Positions 50,791-62,893 of a stretch of DNA of 64,000 nucleotides are shown here, one piece after another (the first letter of the stretch is position 1; each line of letters begins with the position of its first letter). Location of the stretch: contig NC_135760.1 of NCBI RefSeq assembly GCF_052425735.1, forward strand, positions 10,540,001 to 10,604,000. Direction: 5' to 3'. The position numbers and the translations under genes were made by a program. The notes below the pieces were generated by a model that worked only from the letters and a program-made list of their open reading frames with translations, searched no databases and was not told the origin of the DNA. This DNA is from Oculina patagonica (lineage: Eukaryota).

Positions 50791-51722
50791 GGCCAAATTT
50801 AAACAAGTCTTCTCTCTTCGTCTTAGCTTAGGGGTGTTGTTTCAGTGTTAACAGTCAGTAATCCAAGCAGAAGGACCAGGAGCTCACTCCTTCGCCGCCG
50901 ATTTGCAAAGTACTACTATGCTAATATGTTCGTTTCTGATCGATATCTGAAAGCCGACTTCCTTTCAAATCGTCTGAAAGCGAATGCAAATCAACCCAGT
51001 CACGAGACGTAATTAGATAAGCGCAGAACAAAAGGTTAAAAGGCAAAGGAAGTAAAAAATAGCGCCGCTAAGTCAACGCCTTTTATGTTTTATGTTTAAA
51101 TTGTATTCAAGTACCGCAAGGGGTTTTCCCTTTTCCCCACCCGCTTAATTATAGCGTGAGAAAAAAAAGTAAAAACCACTGCGTTGAATAGATTCTTAGA
51201 ATTAATAAACATTGGCTTGCATAAGGGTTCACACCCCTTTTATCACACGATAGAAGAATAAACTTCAGGATGTTTTAAAACAAAATTGTTTGATGACCGG
51301 AAACATGTTATTACCGAGTTCATGATATGACTCCCGATTCCTGAGTCCTCTTGACGCACGCATACGGCAAAATATTGATTCTTCTAAAATCGATACGTAC
51401 ACGCCAATTTCCTTTGACGTATGTGTACGACAAAATGTTACACGTTGCCTCCTTGCTAAAAATATTTGTTTCTTTTTCTGGACAAGAAGAATAAGAAGCT
51501 AGTTGTAAAGTACCTAAACTTGCTCGTGTGCACGGCTCGATAAGAGAAACGTAATCGAGGAATTAGAACTTATGACGTCATGAGAGGAGAAAGTAATATT
51601 TGATCATCATACTTTATCAGGCTTTTAAAATGGGAAATAAAACCAATTAATCAGTTTTCCATATATTTTCCGTATTTTTTTCCCGCGAACTTTGACTTAT
51701 ACTGGTACGAATGTATAATGTA

Positions 51723-51901
51723 CAGTTGAATCCCGATAATTCGAACCTTCAAGGGAAATCGAAAAAGGTTCGAATTATCGGGGGCTCGAGTTATCGAGGG
51801 TAAAATTTGTAAAAAGAAAATGACCTGGAGGGGAATCGAAAAAGGTTCGAGTTAGCGCGAGGTTCCAGTTACTGAAAGTTCGAGTAATCGGGATTCAACT
51901 G
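51723..51901. mobile_element. Tc1/mariner MITE
   Basis: TA|CAGTTGAATCCCGAT...ATCGGGATTCAACTG|TA. Confidence 0.85.
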
Positions 51902-52468
51902 TATAGGGAAAATCCCGAATAATATGGGATTGCGGTCACAAATTTTCCCGACTAGGGTCTTTTTTTTATTTTATGTCGGGAAATTCCAGGCCATCGGGAA
52001 CTTCGTTTTTCTACCATTTGACCCAAATCTCGGTATTTTCGGTTAAAAACCAAATAGAAGAGTCATTTTCCGGAAGTTATTTTCGAGAATTGTGCGCTAC
52101 GTTTCATTCCGGTCGGTCAAACTGTCGAAAAACTTTTTACTACTTATAATCCATCTCTCTTGTTTCCAGTCTCTTATCAAGAGAAAAACATAACTTCTAA
52201 CCGTAAACTGCATTATAAATGGTAAGCGCCATCTCTTTCGGTCGGTCTGCTGATTTGGAAAAATACACACCACTGGTCATTCTAACCAGTTTATTTTGGC
52301 AAATGAAAATTATCCCTGGTTCTTGACGCCTTGTCTAGTACCTAGGCCTCTATTTTCGTCGCAGTCAAACCGTTTCGGGTCACGTGGAATTTCGTATCAG
52401 ATAAGTCACTGAAATGAATTGACCGTGCGGGCCTGGGAAAGAACGCCGTACAGGAACTAGGCTTGTTA

Positions 52469-52762
52469 CATTCTCGTCTTTCTTAGCCGGCTGCACCTTG
52501 GCACGAGATAACAAAGGGCTCTGGGGACACAGGATTTCCAGTCCTAGATTCTAGGACTTCCGGTCTTCATGTATGCAGTCATGACGTTTCAAAAGAATGT
52601 ATGACAGAGTCGTTACGTTTTCGACTTCCGTTTAGGAATTCTTTGTTCCAAACAGCCAATCAAAAAAATCGAATTAATTCAAAAATCCTATGTCTCCAGA
52701 GCCCTTTGTTTTCTCGTGCCAAGCCGGCTAAGAGAAACGAAAGGGCTATGGGGACGAGAATG
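52469..52762. mobile_element. Long-TIR MITE (relatives at about 23120-23400 and 46395-46474)
   Basis: CATTCTCGTC...GGCACGAGATAACAAAGGGCTCTGGGGACA / TGTCTCCAGAGCCCTTTGTTTTCTCGTGCC...GACGAGAATG. Confidence 0.75.
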
Positions 52763-54140
52763 GGCTTATTATTACTATTTAAGACTTCGCCATCACTGCC
52801 CCCCGTCACTCCCACCACCCCCTACCCCATTTGGCGATTAGCTATGGCGACTGGGAAAAAGTTTATAGTTTATATCATTCTTTTTGCGGTAGTTGTTTTG
52901 GATGACAATTTAAAAATCATTCCTGATCGAAACGCCAGCTCACAGGCTATTTAAATTTTTTAAAATCGGCTATAAATTTTACAATTGGTTACTCTCCTCA
53001 TGTTCCTCATGTTATAATGGGATGGAATTTTCTTTCAGTTTCGTAGCATTGTATATGGTATATAAATTTCCGTCAAGAAATTAGTAGCAACCAAAGGGTA
53101 TATCAGGGTACATAGAGAATGGTTTTCACATCCAGTTAAAATCTCCGAAGAAACGAAAACAGAAACATTTGCTACGATATATACAATTTATTATTTTGTT
53201 TATTTTTTCAATATTTAACACCATTTTTCTCTTTGAAAGTAACAAGCTAAATAATGGAAGCGTTAACAATATCGTACACGAAGTATTGACTGCGCATGTT
53301 TATTTCTTAACCGCAAGAAACACAAAGACGCTGGGTAGGAGATTTCTGGAATACAAAAGGTCACGTGATATTACCACTACTTTATCTGCCGCCAATTCGT
53401 GGTGGCTACACTTTATCAACTATTATTGATAAGAAATATTGTTGAAATATAAAGTTCTTTTCTCAGAAAAGATAATATACCGAAGGGATTAAATATACAT
53501 TTGTATATCTTATGAATGAAGTTTCCTTCATTTTACACTATACTCAACTACTTTATTTCCGACACAAGCTAAGATATTTGTTGTTTGCTAGTGGTACAAA
53601 TGTCTGGTGTACCCCTGATTAAAGCAAAGTAAAACTCTTCTTCGAATGAAAGATTTTGAACCAGTAACTTTTACAGATGTAACTGGCTTTTATAGAAAAA
53701 GACCTATTAACTGACCAATGACTTCCAACAACGTGTCGTATTTGGTAATCTTTACAGATTTTACATTCAACAAAATTGCGGAATGGTTCTTTATATTTCG
53801 CACTTACGTCAAACGATTTCATTTCCACTAAAAGATTATATTTTTACAAGTTGACTATATGTGTCATGGAAACGGCTAAGCACAGAACGAAGCAAAAGAC
53901 AAAATACCTATCTCTTTCGGTTACCCATTAACGGCAGGGAGCCATGAAAGGCGGTTATATTCGTAACCATTCGCTTCTTTCAGTCACTAATAAACTCGAC
54001 AGTGTCCAAAAACACGATTTGTCTTATTGCCTTAAATGATGGTTGTCTTAGGGTCTAAATATCGCGGAATTTTTCTTGACTTGCATCCCGCGTCTCTTCC
54101 GTATTTACTGCCCATGAGATACTGTATTTATATCCAGGTC

Positions 54141-57100
54141 TTATATATCTGTTACCCGTGGTTTTGGAGACAGGGGAGCAGTGCAGCTGTCATTATCACT
54201 CGACTCCTTTGCACCATCTATGGAATCTGTAGAATCAGACTCAACAGCCACCTCTAAATCTGCAAAATACAACGTGGAAAAATTCTCATTAATGTTTATA
54301 AGACTGCAGGACCTCTGGCCAACCTAAAGCATTACATTGTATATATTTCAAGCGAGTGGCCTGGGGGCTGTTAGATGGTATACTGACTTTTTCTGAAGTA
54401 CAATTCAAGGAAAATTTAACAACTTCATGAGTATCGCATATCAATTTATCTAGATCGGGAAGGGGGGGGGGGGAGAGAAATACAAAATACTCAAAACCCT
54501 ATTGTAAGGTGGCATCATTGGATCAATTTAGGTTTCTGGGAAACTGCTCACCTACCCCTCCCCAAACTTAACATTAACCCTTACTTATCGCTTTGGGCAA
54601 AATGTTAGGTTTGGGGAGGGGTAGGTGAGCAGTTTCCCAGAAACCTAAATTGATCCGCATCATTTAGCACTGCCAACAATAAACACTTAACCCCTGCCAT
54701 CTTTTGGTGGTAGCTTTTGTTACTTTTTCCCTGTTTTCTAAAGTATTCCGTTCAAGGGCTACTTGATAAACTTCAAGGAACTGGGAAATTCTTTACGCCG
54801 GAAAAAGGTTTGTGGGAACCGTAAAACTACATTTACTACAAAAGGACGCGGTCAAGTGCTGTCAGACATGACGCATGCAATAAAGTTCTCACGCAGCGTC
54901 AATCCCACCCCTTCCCCGTTTAGGTTGTTTTGTGGAATTTCCAACAGTTAATCAAAGTTTAAAGAGCAAAAATGCTTGAGGGAATTTCAAAAAATCTTAC
55001 AGTACAGTGCTCTTTTCATTTCTTTACCTTTTTCCCAAAAATGCCTTTATTGCAATCTACTTAAAAGTACAAATATTCTAAAAAGACACTTACAGGGTGG
55101 AGAAATATCATCATTAGTCTTGCACGAGTCTAATCTGTCGAGAGCGGAATGGGCCGAGCTCTGTTGGTTTCTTTTTCGTACCCAGTGCACAAGAGCACAG
55201 ATGAGGAGAATGATTAGCACAGCTTGACCAATCAGAAGCGTTATGAACATATGGGTCCGCGATTGAACTGCAAATTGAAACAAAATGGTGTAATATTTAA
55301 TATGTAAGTTTTAATGAGGCAACGAAAGTAATTATCACGTAATACATTGGAATGTATTGTATTGTTATATAGCTAGAATTTTTCCCCAACTGCGCGCGCT
55401 CTTATTGGCTAAATCTATGACGTCAGAGGGTAACATTGCAATGTTGCCCGCGAATGCTGACCCACGAGCGCCATTTCATTTCTTCGTCGTGCTGTACAAC
55501 AAAACACTTAATGACTGATGAGTGTATATTGTAAAGGTAGATAAACTATGTTATTATACCTGTTTTGTGATCGCGGAAGGCCCGCTGCACGTCTACGCAC
55601 TTGCAGTCTACATCAATTCCCATTTTCATTTGTGTACAGTCATTCACAACACTGTCAGGGCACCTACAGCCACAAATGTCATTGCTCCACACCTGAACAA
55701 GACGAGTAACAAAATAGATCGATTATTGATGCAATAGAGCCTCACAGTTAACTTTACCAGTAATGATACAACTTATAGACCTCAGGAGATTATTACTGGG
55801 GAGTGTGTATTAGACCAAGGGTTTTGAGTATAAAAATAGTGTAATTGTAGTCAGGGGATGACATAGTTTGTTAGTGATTTGACGCTGACTGTTTTTTATG
55901 CCATTTTTCCAAATCGTCTCGGCTAGTGCTTAAGCCTTCATCAGTTAAATAATCAATGCTGTTACACGCGATTTAAAAAGGCAACACGTTTGCGCACGCT
56001 GCAAAAATTTAGGTTTTGCGTGTAAGGGTTTGATTTTGCAACCCTACAAGACAGGTTTTGCGTATAACGTAGTCTCTTTTTAGCACGTAGTTTGTCCGCG
56101 AAACATAGGTTTGAATACGTAGGCACCAGCTGTTTAACCTCATTTGCATGTAGCAGACGAGAGACCGATTCGAGATAGGACACTGGAAACATGATTGCGC
56201 ACTGTATGCCGACGCTGTCTAGGTGCCAAATTGCTCATAGACAGCAGTCTTGGAGCATAGAAAACAGCTTGTGATGTAAGACTTACCATTCCTGGACAAG
56301 GGTCAGGTGCTCGATCACATTCGCATTTGCATTTATGGCTGTTCCACCTGAAGGAGAATAAAAATAGTTAAATTTTAGTAAAACTAAACAACCAATTGGG
56401 AGAAGTACCATAAACACGGGATTTACAAGACTCGTCGCCACCACTAACAGAAGTTATAAATGCACACGGCATCGGTAAAGTGAAAGTATAGTTTATTCTT
56501 TCCACTGCTGACTTCATAAATGAACAAAGATACCATTTCATTCATATTTCCAATTCATAGTCTTTTCTCCGAGTAACAATTGCAAAGCATTCTGAAAGGC
56601 TGACAAAGCCGACAAACCTAGTGAAATACATGTATTGAGACTATTTACGCATTCAAGTTTAATTTGGTCAGTTAATTTCAATTTCATTAAAAAAATTTAT
56701 GCGTTCGTTTTGCATTAAGTTTTTCAAATTCGCTGAACAAAAGTGAAGTGCGCTGTCTTCAATTTGTGGCTAAATGATGTTTTTGTTGAGCCACTTGGCT
56801 AGAATTGGGATTTTTTTAAGAAACCAAAGCTAATACGTAAATGATTGAACAAGTCGCACACTTACCTAAAGCCGTCTTTGCAAGCGAGTTCTTTTGGTGG
56901 TCCGTTGGGATACCTGCACTTGCAAGCGCAGAGGTCATTGCTCCAGTCCTGCACGGTCAAATCACAATCAGCGGGACTGGCGACACACTCGTGAGCGCAG
57001 CTTGTGTGATTCTTCATCGTGATGGTTGCACGACGAAAGTTGGTCGAGCGCGAATAAACTTGAATGTTTAACTCGTCGTAGCTTTTGACCACGCAGTGCT

Positions 57101-57833
57101 GGACTTTTGGGGAAACTGTGTTCGCCGAACCAGCGCATCGGTGGAGCTTGACAAAATACGGGAAATAGCCGTGATCGTTGGGGTCCACGGGAACCACAGT
57201 TTCATGCGTTTTACAGTGAATATTTTCCAAATCTGCGAAGAATAAAATGGTTATTATCAGTATTATTATAAATATCACCAGAAACTTAGCAGGTGGGTGG
57301 GTGGGAGGGAGGGTTGCGGGTCGACGGAATGGTGGTAGTGGGGGGAGGGGGAGAGGGATGGGGTGTTGGCGGTTGATGGGGACTGCTTGTAATACCCACT
57401 AATACGTTCATCCGAGTCGTTAATATTCCACTAAATTCCGTTTGACTTTTAAACCTATAACTTTTATAAAGCTACTAACCCCCGAGGGGACACGCCGCAG
57501 CTTCAAGACGTGAATTCATTACCCTTTTAATACCCAAGCTGGAAAAGGCACACTTCTTTCGAGCGGAACCTCCCCGTATCGTCTAGTCTACTATAGGCGG
57601 ACTACCCCAGGGGTATGACACTTTTTCAGTTTGATTTGTCCTCTTTCCGTTGCGGAAAACAATCTGAGAGCTGGGAACAAGTCAAATGAGACTCTCTGAT
57701 AACAATCAAGATCGAAACATTTACGCTACTTACTTTTCACTTTTTTAGCAGAAACCGTCATATCCATCAGTTCCAACAGACACAGGAAAAATATTATTGA
57801 CACTCTGGCGGGACTGTTAGCTTTATTTGCCAT
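54141..57833 (-). CDS. Transmembrane PDGF/VEGF-domain protein V4 (degenerate cystine knot)
   Basis: Exons 57833-57734 (MANKANSPARVSIIFFLCLLELMDMTVSA), 57232-56866 (PYFVKLHRCAGSA...QHC...NHTSCAHEC), 56347-56287, 55692-55560, 55267-55094 (TM MFITLLIGQAVLIILLICALVHWV then RKR), 54259-54141 (YLEVAV...KPRVTDI*). Confidence 0.9.
54520..54656. mobile_element. 137-bp fold-back MITE, GG...CC ends, 8-bp TSD
   Basis: About 55-bp near-perfect arms; TSD GCATCATT at 54512-54519 and 54657-54664. Confidence 0.9.
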
Positions 57834-59968
57834 GTTTTGTTCTTGTTTGCTCTTCAAGAAGAAACTTTTGAGGTATCTAAAAGAAACGCAAAAGTTTAGT
57901 TTGACAGCTAAATCTTGTTCTTCTTCCATCTACGTAATTTGTCTACCTTCTGTGTGAAGACCTCTCCGTACAAGTCGTACAACAAAATAAAAATGTTTGA
58001 TTGGTGCAAAATCGTCCGTCCTTTTGCGAGTTTTTCCTTATTTTAAACCTTATATTTGGCGAAAACGAATTAGTCGATCCATGCGGTGTAGAACAACTCC
58101 AAGTAAGCTGACAATTTTATATGCAGATTAACCATACTTGATCGCTCATTTTTCTTAAGAAAACGGGAAGTTTACTGATCCGGATGCGCTGTTAATTAGG
58201 TGTCAGAAAACACTCTTGCACAATAGCGCTGGGACATGGGAAAGGTTTCCTGTTCAAACAAAATGAGGCTACTCCCAGGAAGTCAATAAAAAAGACTTTC
58301 TAAGTAATGGTTATCAATTACTGAGGGTTTCAGTGGTTCTTAGTTCCAAGAATTCAAGGCGCACTCAGTTTGAAACGTTTTAGTTCAGTAACTGCATGTC
58401 TCAGAGGTTTAAACGTTTCCTGTTCAAAACAATCTTCCCGGGTCGCGGACCACGTACGGTTGTTATCCAAAATGATATTCAAATGAAGCGAAGATTGCTT
58501 GCAATCGATCGATCGAGTCATTAAGTGGCAAAAGTTTATATTACAGAAATCGGAAATTAACTTTTTAGCTCGCCAACCTGCCTGTTTAAAAGAACGGTCA
58601 ATTTGAGATTTTCTCAGCAAATGTGATTCAAATGGACACGAATAAAGAAGCAATTACACATTACAGGCCACAGTCCAACTCATTTGCATGTGTCGGAATG
58701 ATCGGCTGGTATAAACATAATTGGAACTGACTCAAAAATCATGTATCGTATAATTCGTCCTTGTTTTCGTCTCAGCGAAATCAGTTGGGCATGAAGTTTT
58801 CAAGAATATTTCGTGTTTTTAGGCTCAGAAGCGCTAAGAACATGGAAATTTTAACGTTGAGTTTCTCAGGGAGGCATAAGCCCGGAATGAAATAAGTCCC
58901 GATTTTACCGCGAATTTTGCGGTTTCAAAGAGCAAAAGTTCATCTGATTTATATTACATCATTCGTCACTTGCTTAAGATTTGCTTTTCTAACCCTTAAT
59001 GTTTGTTTTTCTTAAGACTTATCTACCGGTCAGAATATTAAATACACTATCACCAAATTCGTGCATTTGAAAATGCTATTAAAATTTACGAAGAACTGAC
59101 GAGACACTTTGGCAAGGGCAAGTTCTTTCAGTATGTTCATTTACGATGACATTTAGTTGATCTTTCGATGCTTATGCAAGAATCTTAAATAGTCATTAAT
59201 GAAGTAAGTAAGTGTGGGCCTTTAGATCGTTGTGTACCTCAATGAATGAAGCATAGGAGAATCAGGGAAAACGAAATTTTCATTCCTGCAATATAAACTG
59301 ACTTAATTAGGAAGTCGAATGCATGTTACTCGTAAACTTTCTTCAACCTACGGACACGATGCTTATCCACGAAGCGTTATTGTTGTTGTGAAATGCACTC
59401 TAAACTGGACCATAACCTTCAAACTTTTACACATTATTTTAAAGCTGAAACTGGCGATTTGAGTCTCTAACGTAAAACAAAATGCCGGCATCAAAAGTTA
59501 GCGAAACTTTTCAGTCGCAAATTTATTGATAGTGCAGAGATCGAATAAAAGCCGTGAATTCGCGAGTTAATAAGGCATTAACAGATTTTACATACCGTAT
59601 TGAAAATGGCTCCGAAAATTTCGTGGACGTTCAATTTGCGAAGATCTTTCAGTAGCGCTGATCTGTCCCTGTGCTAGCTTTCCCTTTTGCTAAAAAGAGC
59701 GATCTCAAAAACGATCTAGTCCTCAACGAAACGATTTCAGAGAGGTGTTATCACTAACAATAACTCCTTGAAATTTGCATTTGATCAGAAAAGCAATTTT
59801 GTGATGCTATTGAAAATGCGTAAGTACAGAGTTAATTTACACGCTCCAATAAAAGAGCAATGAGGCGGGAAGTTGGCGTCTGCGTGTATTGACTGCAATT
59901 AAAGACCATACCGCATTTATAAACACAGTGCGTGCAGTATATATATCCATATCAGAATGAAGACTTAC

Positions 59969-60129
59969 CGTTCGTCTTTGTCCTCCAAGGTTGTTCCAGC
60001 AATTAAGCGACTTGCTTTCTCGAGTTGCGAGTACGAGTGGTCTTTTGTAGCTCCACGAGGTCATACTAATAGGACACACCGCGTTTAAGCTTATTTCAAG
60101 ACAGGCACTTCCGGTCAGTGATGACGTCA
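59969..60129 (-). promoter_or_regulatory. Probable non-coding first exon and ETS+CRE promoter of V4
   Basis: Donor GTAAGT below 59969; acceptor at 57877-57878 before the ATG; CACTTCCGG 60106-60114 and TGACGTCA 60122-60129. Confidence 0.5.
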
Positions 60130-61020
60130 ATAAGACTGGATGCACGAACCGTGAACGCCAAATTTTCATAACACAATCTTGACAATTACCAAAAATGGTC
60201 AGGGCGTGGGATAACGAGTCAAATGTGAAATATAAACTGTAGCGCCAGCTGCAGTCATATAAAGGTCATTGAACTAAGTTATTTGGTAAATTCAAACAAA
60301 TACGCCTTTAAGACCTTTTGAATTTGCAAAAGGGGGTGCACCTTCTGGCTTGCACAAAAATAGCTACTGATATTCCCCGAATTTCTTTGAACAGTCCCAT
60401 TTTAGGTCACCTTTTTTGCCTGTTCCGTTTCTTGTGGCTTATCACACGTTCATATTTTACTCCGTGACGGAATGTAACGCATTCGCGCTTTAACGGCTGC
60501 GACATAGCGTGACACTCCAAGATGAACTGTTATGTCGCAATGTGAAGGAATAATCCATCTTTTTCACGAAGTATGTCTACATATACGGAGCATTTTTACT
60601 ATTTTTTTCTGTTAGACAGAAGAGAAAAATATATTATTATAAAACAGTTGTTAAGAGTTCCTGTTTTACTCCGAAAAGTTTGGTTAAGTTTTGACTTCCT
60701 GTGTTTGGTTAGCAGGAAACACGTGTGATCCTATCAGTTACAGTTACTTCCGGATGTCGTGTAAATATTTGAACAACTTGTTTAACATGAAAACCCTGTT
60801 ACTCAGGAGAGGGGGCTCAGGAGAAGTAAAGTAAAGCCGGTAGGGAGGAGAGGGGGGAGAAGTGAGGCCTCGGGAGATGCAGTTTTTACTGAGTAATATA
60901 CTAAGACGAATCACTCATAAGATTCGTTTGGTTTGGTATATTTTGAAGGGCACTTTCCCCATACCCATTCCTATACCTACTTAGTTTCGTGAATTCCCAG
61001 AAGGTGTCCCTTTCGGGTGG

Positions 61021-61195
61021 TAGACTGTCCACAGCCTCTCTATTTTACACAACGCGAGAGAATATTAAACGCGAGAGAATCGGCGAGCGCGAGCCCGCGA
61101 GGGGGGGGGGGGGGGGCTTTTGCGCTCGCGTCCAGTTCTCTCGCCGTTCTCACCGCGCTCAAAACACGAAAAAATAGAGGGCTGTGGACAGTCTA
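61021..61195. mobile_element. MITE with TAG...CTA ends and 9-bp TSD
   Basis: TAGACTGTCCACAGCC...GGCTGTGGACAGTCTA flanked by TTCGGGTGG twice. Confidence 0.85.
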
Positions 61196-62126
61196 TTCGG
61201 GTGGCGCCCCACCGTACCCCCCAGGGAGTGACGATCTCTCCATACCCCCGGGAGTGACGGACGGAGATGCGCGCCATCTGTTCGAGATAAAAATCTTGTT
61301 TCAGTGTGGAATAAAGTATTCTGCTACCTCTTCAAGATATGCAATTTACATTTAACCTTCTTGTCTCGGACAAACAAAACTAAGACAGGAGAAAAATGGA
61401 ATATATTCTGTTACCGCTTCTGAGTTATTATGCGCTGCCCTTCTCAGCTGGTTCCATAAGTTTGCTGAAATTTACTGAATCAGTCGTGAAGAGAGTTTTT
61501 GCTTTCGCTTTTCCCGCAGCACTTGGTTGCATGTTTTTAGATGTAAATAGGACAAAAAGTTTTAGGTATCTGACAGTCACACTATTTCGTCACACCTTCG
61601 ATCATGCTTTCTCTTTTTATAGGTTAAACTATAGGTAAATTATGCTGGATATTTTCCCAAAAGGATTAGCCTGGTAGTGCGTAACAAGCGTTTGCGCGGC
61701 CAAAATGTGGAAACTCTTCATTTGGGAACGGCTTGCTACGCAGGCTACAAAAAAGGTAACCTGCGATTAGGCATTCTTTTTTCTTTTTACGAAAGCGAGA
61801 GGGAGCAGCAGTAGTAGGGAGGGAGGGTATGATTTCAGGTTACAAAAAAGGTAAATTGTGTCCCTGTTAAAGTAATTGGATATTTTAATGCCGCTTTGTG
61901 CATAGAAGGAGTAGTGTAAACTGCCCGTTCCGCTCAAATAAAACTGTTTTATTCCCAACTCCTTTTCATGAGGAGCACCCAACGAGAAAATTAAAGAAGG
62001 TCTTAAAATGTCGTTGGTATGTTTTCCCATATCGTTCAGGAATGTTTGTAAAAACTAACACAGTTTAAATTCTGGAGTCTTGGTAATAATAATAATGGAA
62101 TATTCATGCAGGATAACCCTTAAGTA

Positions 62127-62893
62127 GATTAAAAATATAACACAAACAGCGGTGATAAACATTATGAAAAATCGCATTTTACTAAACTTGACGTTTCGTA
62201 TGCTAAGCTACATACATTTTCAAAAGTATGACCGTTAAAACTTTTTGGCAACTATTTATATATTGTGACGATGTTTACATAGGAAAAACAAAACGACGAC
62301 TTCACGACAGAAAAACTGAACACTTTAAAGCCCTCACTAAATGCGACCATCCATCAGCTATTGCTGATCACATAAAAACCACCGGCCATAACATCAAATG
62401 AGATCATTTCGAAATCCTTGCGTCTGGCAAGACTGACCTCCACTGCAAAATTAACGAGACATTATTTATCCAAGAACTTCAACCCTCATTAGATAGATAG
62501 ATGCTTTATTAAAACTAAATTGCAACCCAAGGGTTGAATAATATAGTTTTTTACAAAAAAATTACAATAGTTAAAAAAGGTTAAAATTTCTTATATATAC
62601 CAAATGAAATATACAGCTATGAAAAGTCAAATATTCATTAAATGCAAATGTCGGCAGTGAGAGGTTGCTGCTTTTTTAACTGAAATGTCACTACATTTAT
62701 TAAGTTACTGCTGAAGATCAATCGTCTCAGTCTTGGTTCCAGACCCCTTTCATTACAATATATAAATAGTTGCCAAAAAGTTTAACGGTCATACTTTTGA
62801 AAATGGATGTAGCTTAGCATACGAAACGTCAAGTTTAGTAAAATGCGATTTTTCATAATGTTTATCACCGCTGTTTGTGTTATATTTTTAATC
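62127..62893 (+). mobile_element. 5'-truncated Penelope-like retroelement: GIY-YIG endonuclease remnant between inverted pseudo-LTRs
   Basis: CDDVYIGKTKRRLHDRKTEHFKAL...SAIADHIKTTGHNIK*DHFEILA...KINETLFIQELQPSL/NAN; about 135-bp inverted repeat (62127-62262 vs about 62759-62893); secondary insertion 62492-62634 with TSD TCATTA. Confidence 0.88.
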
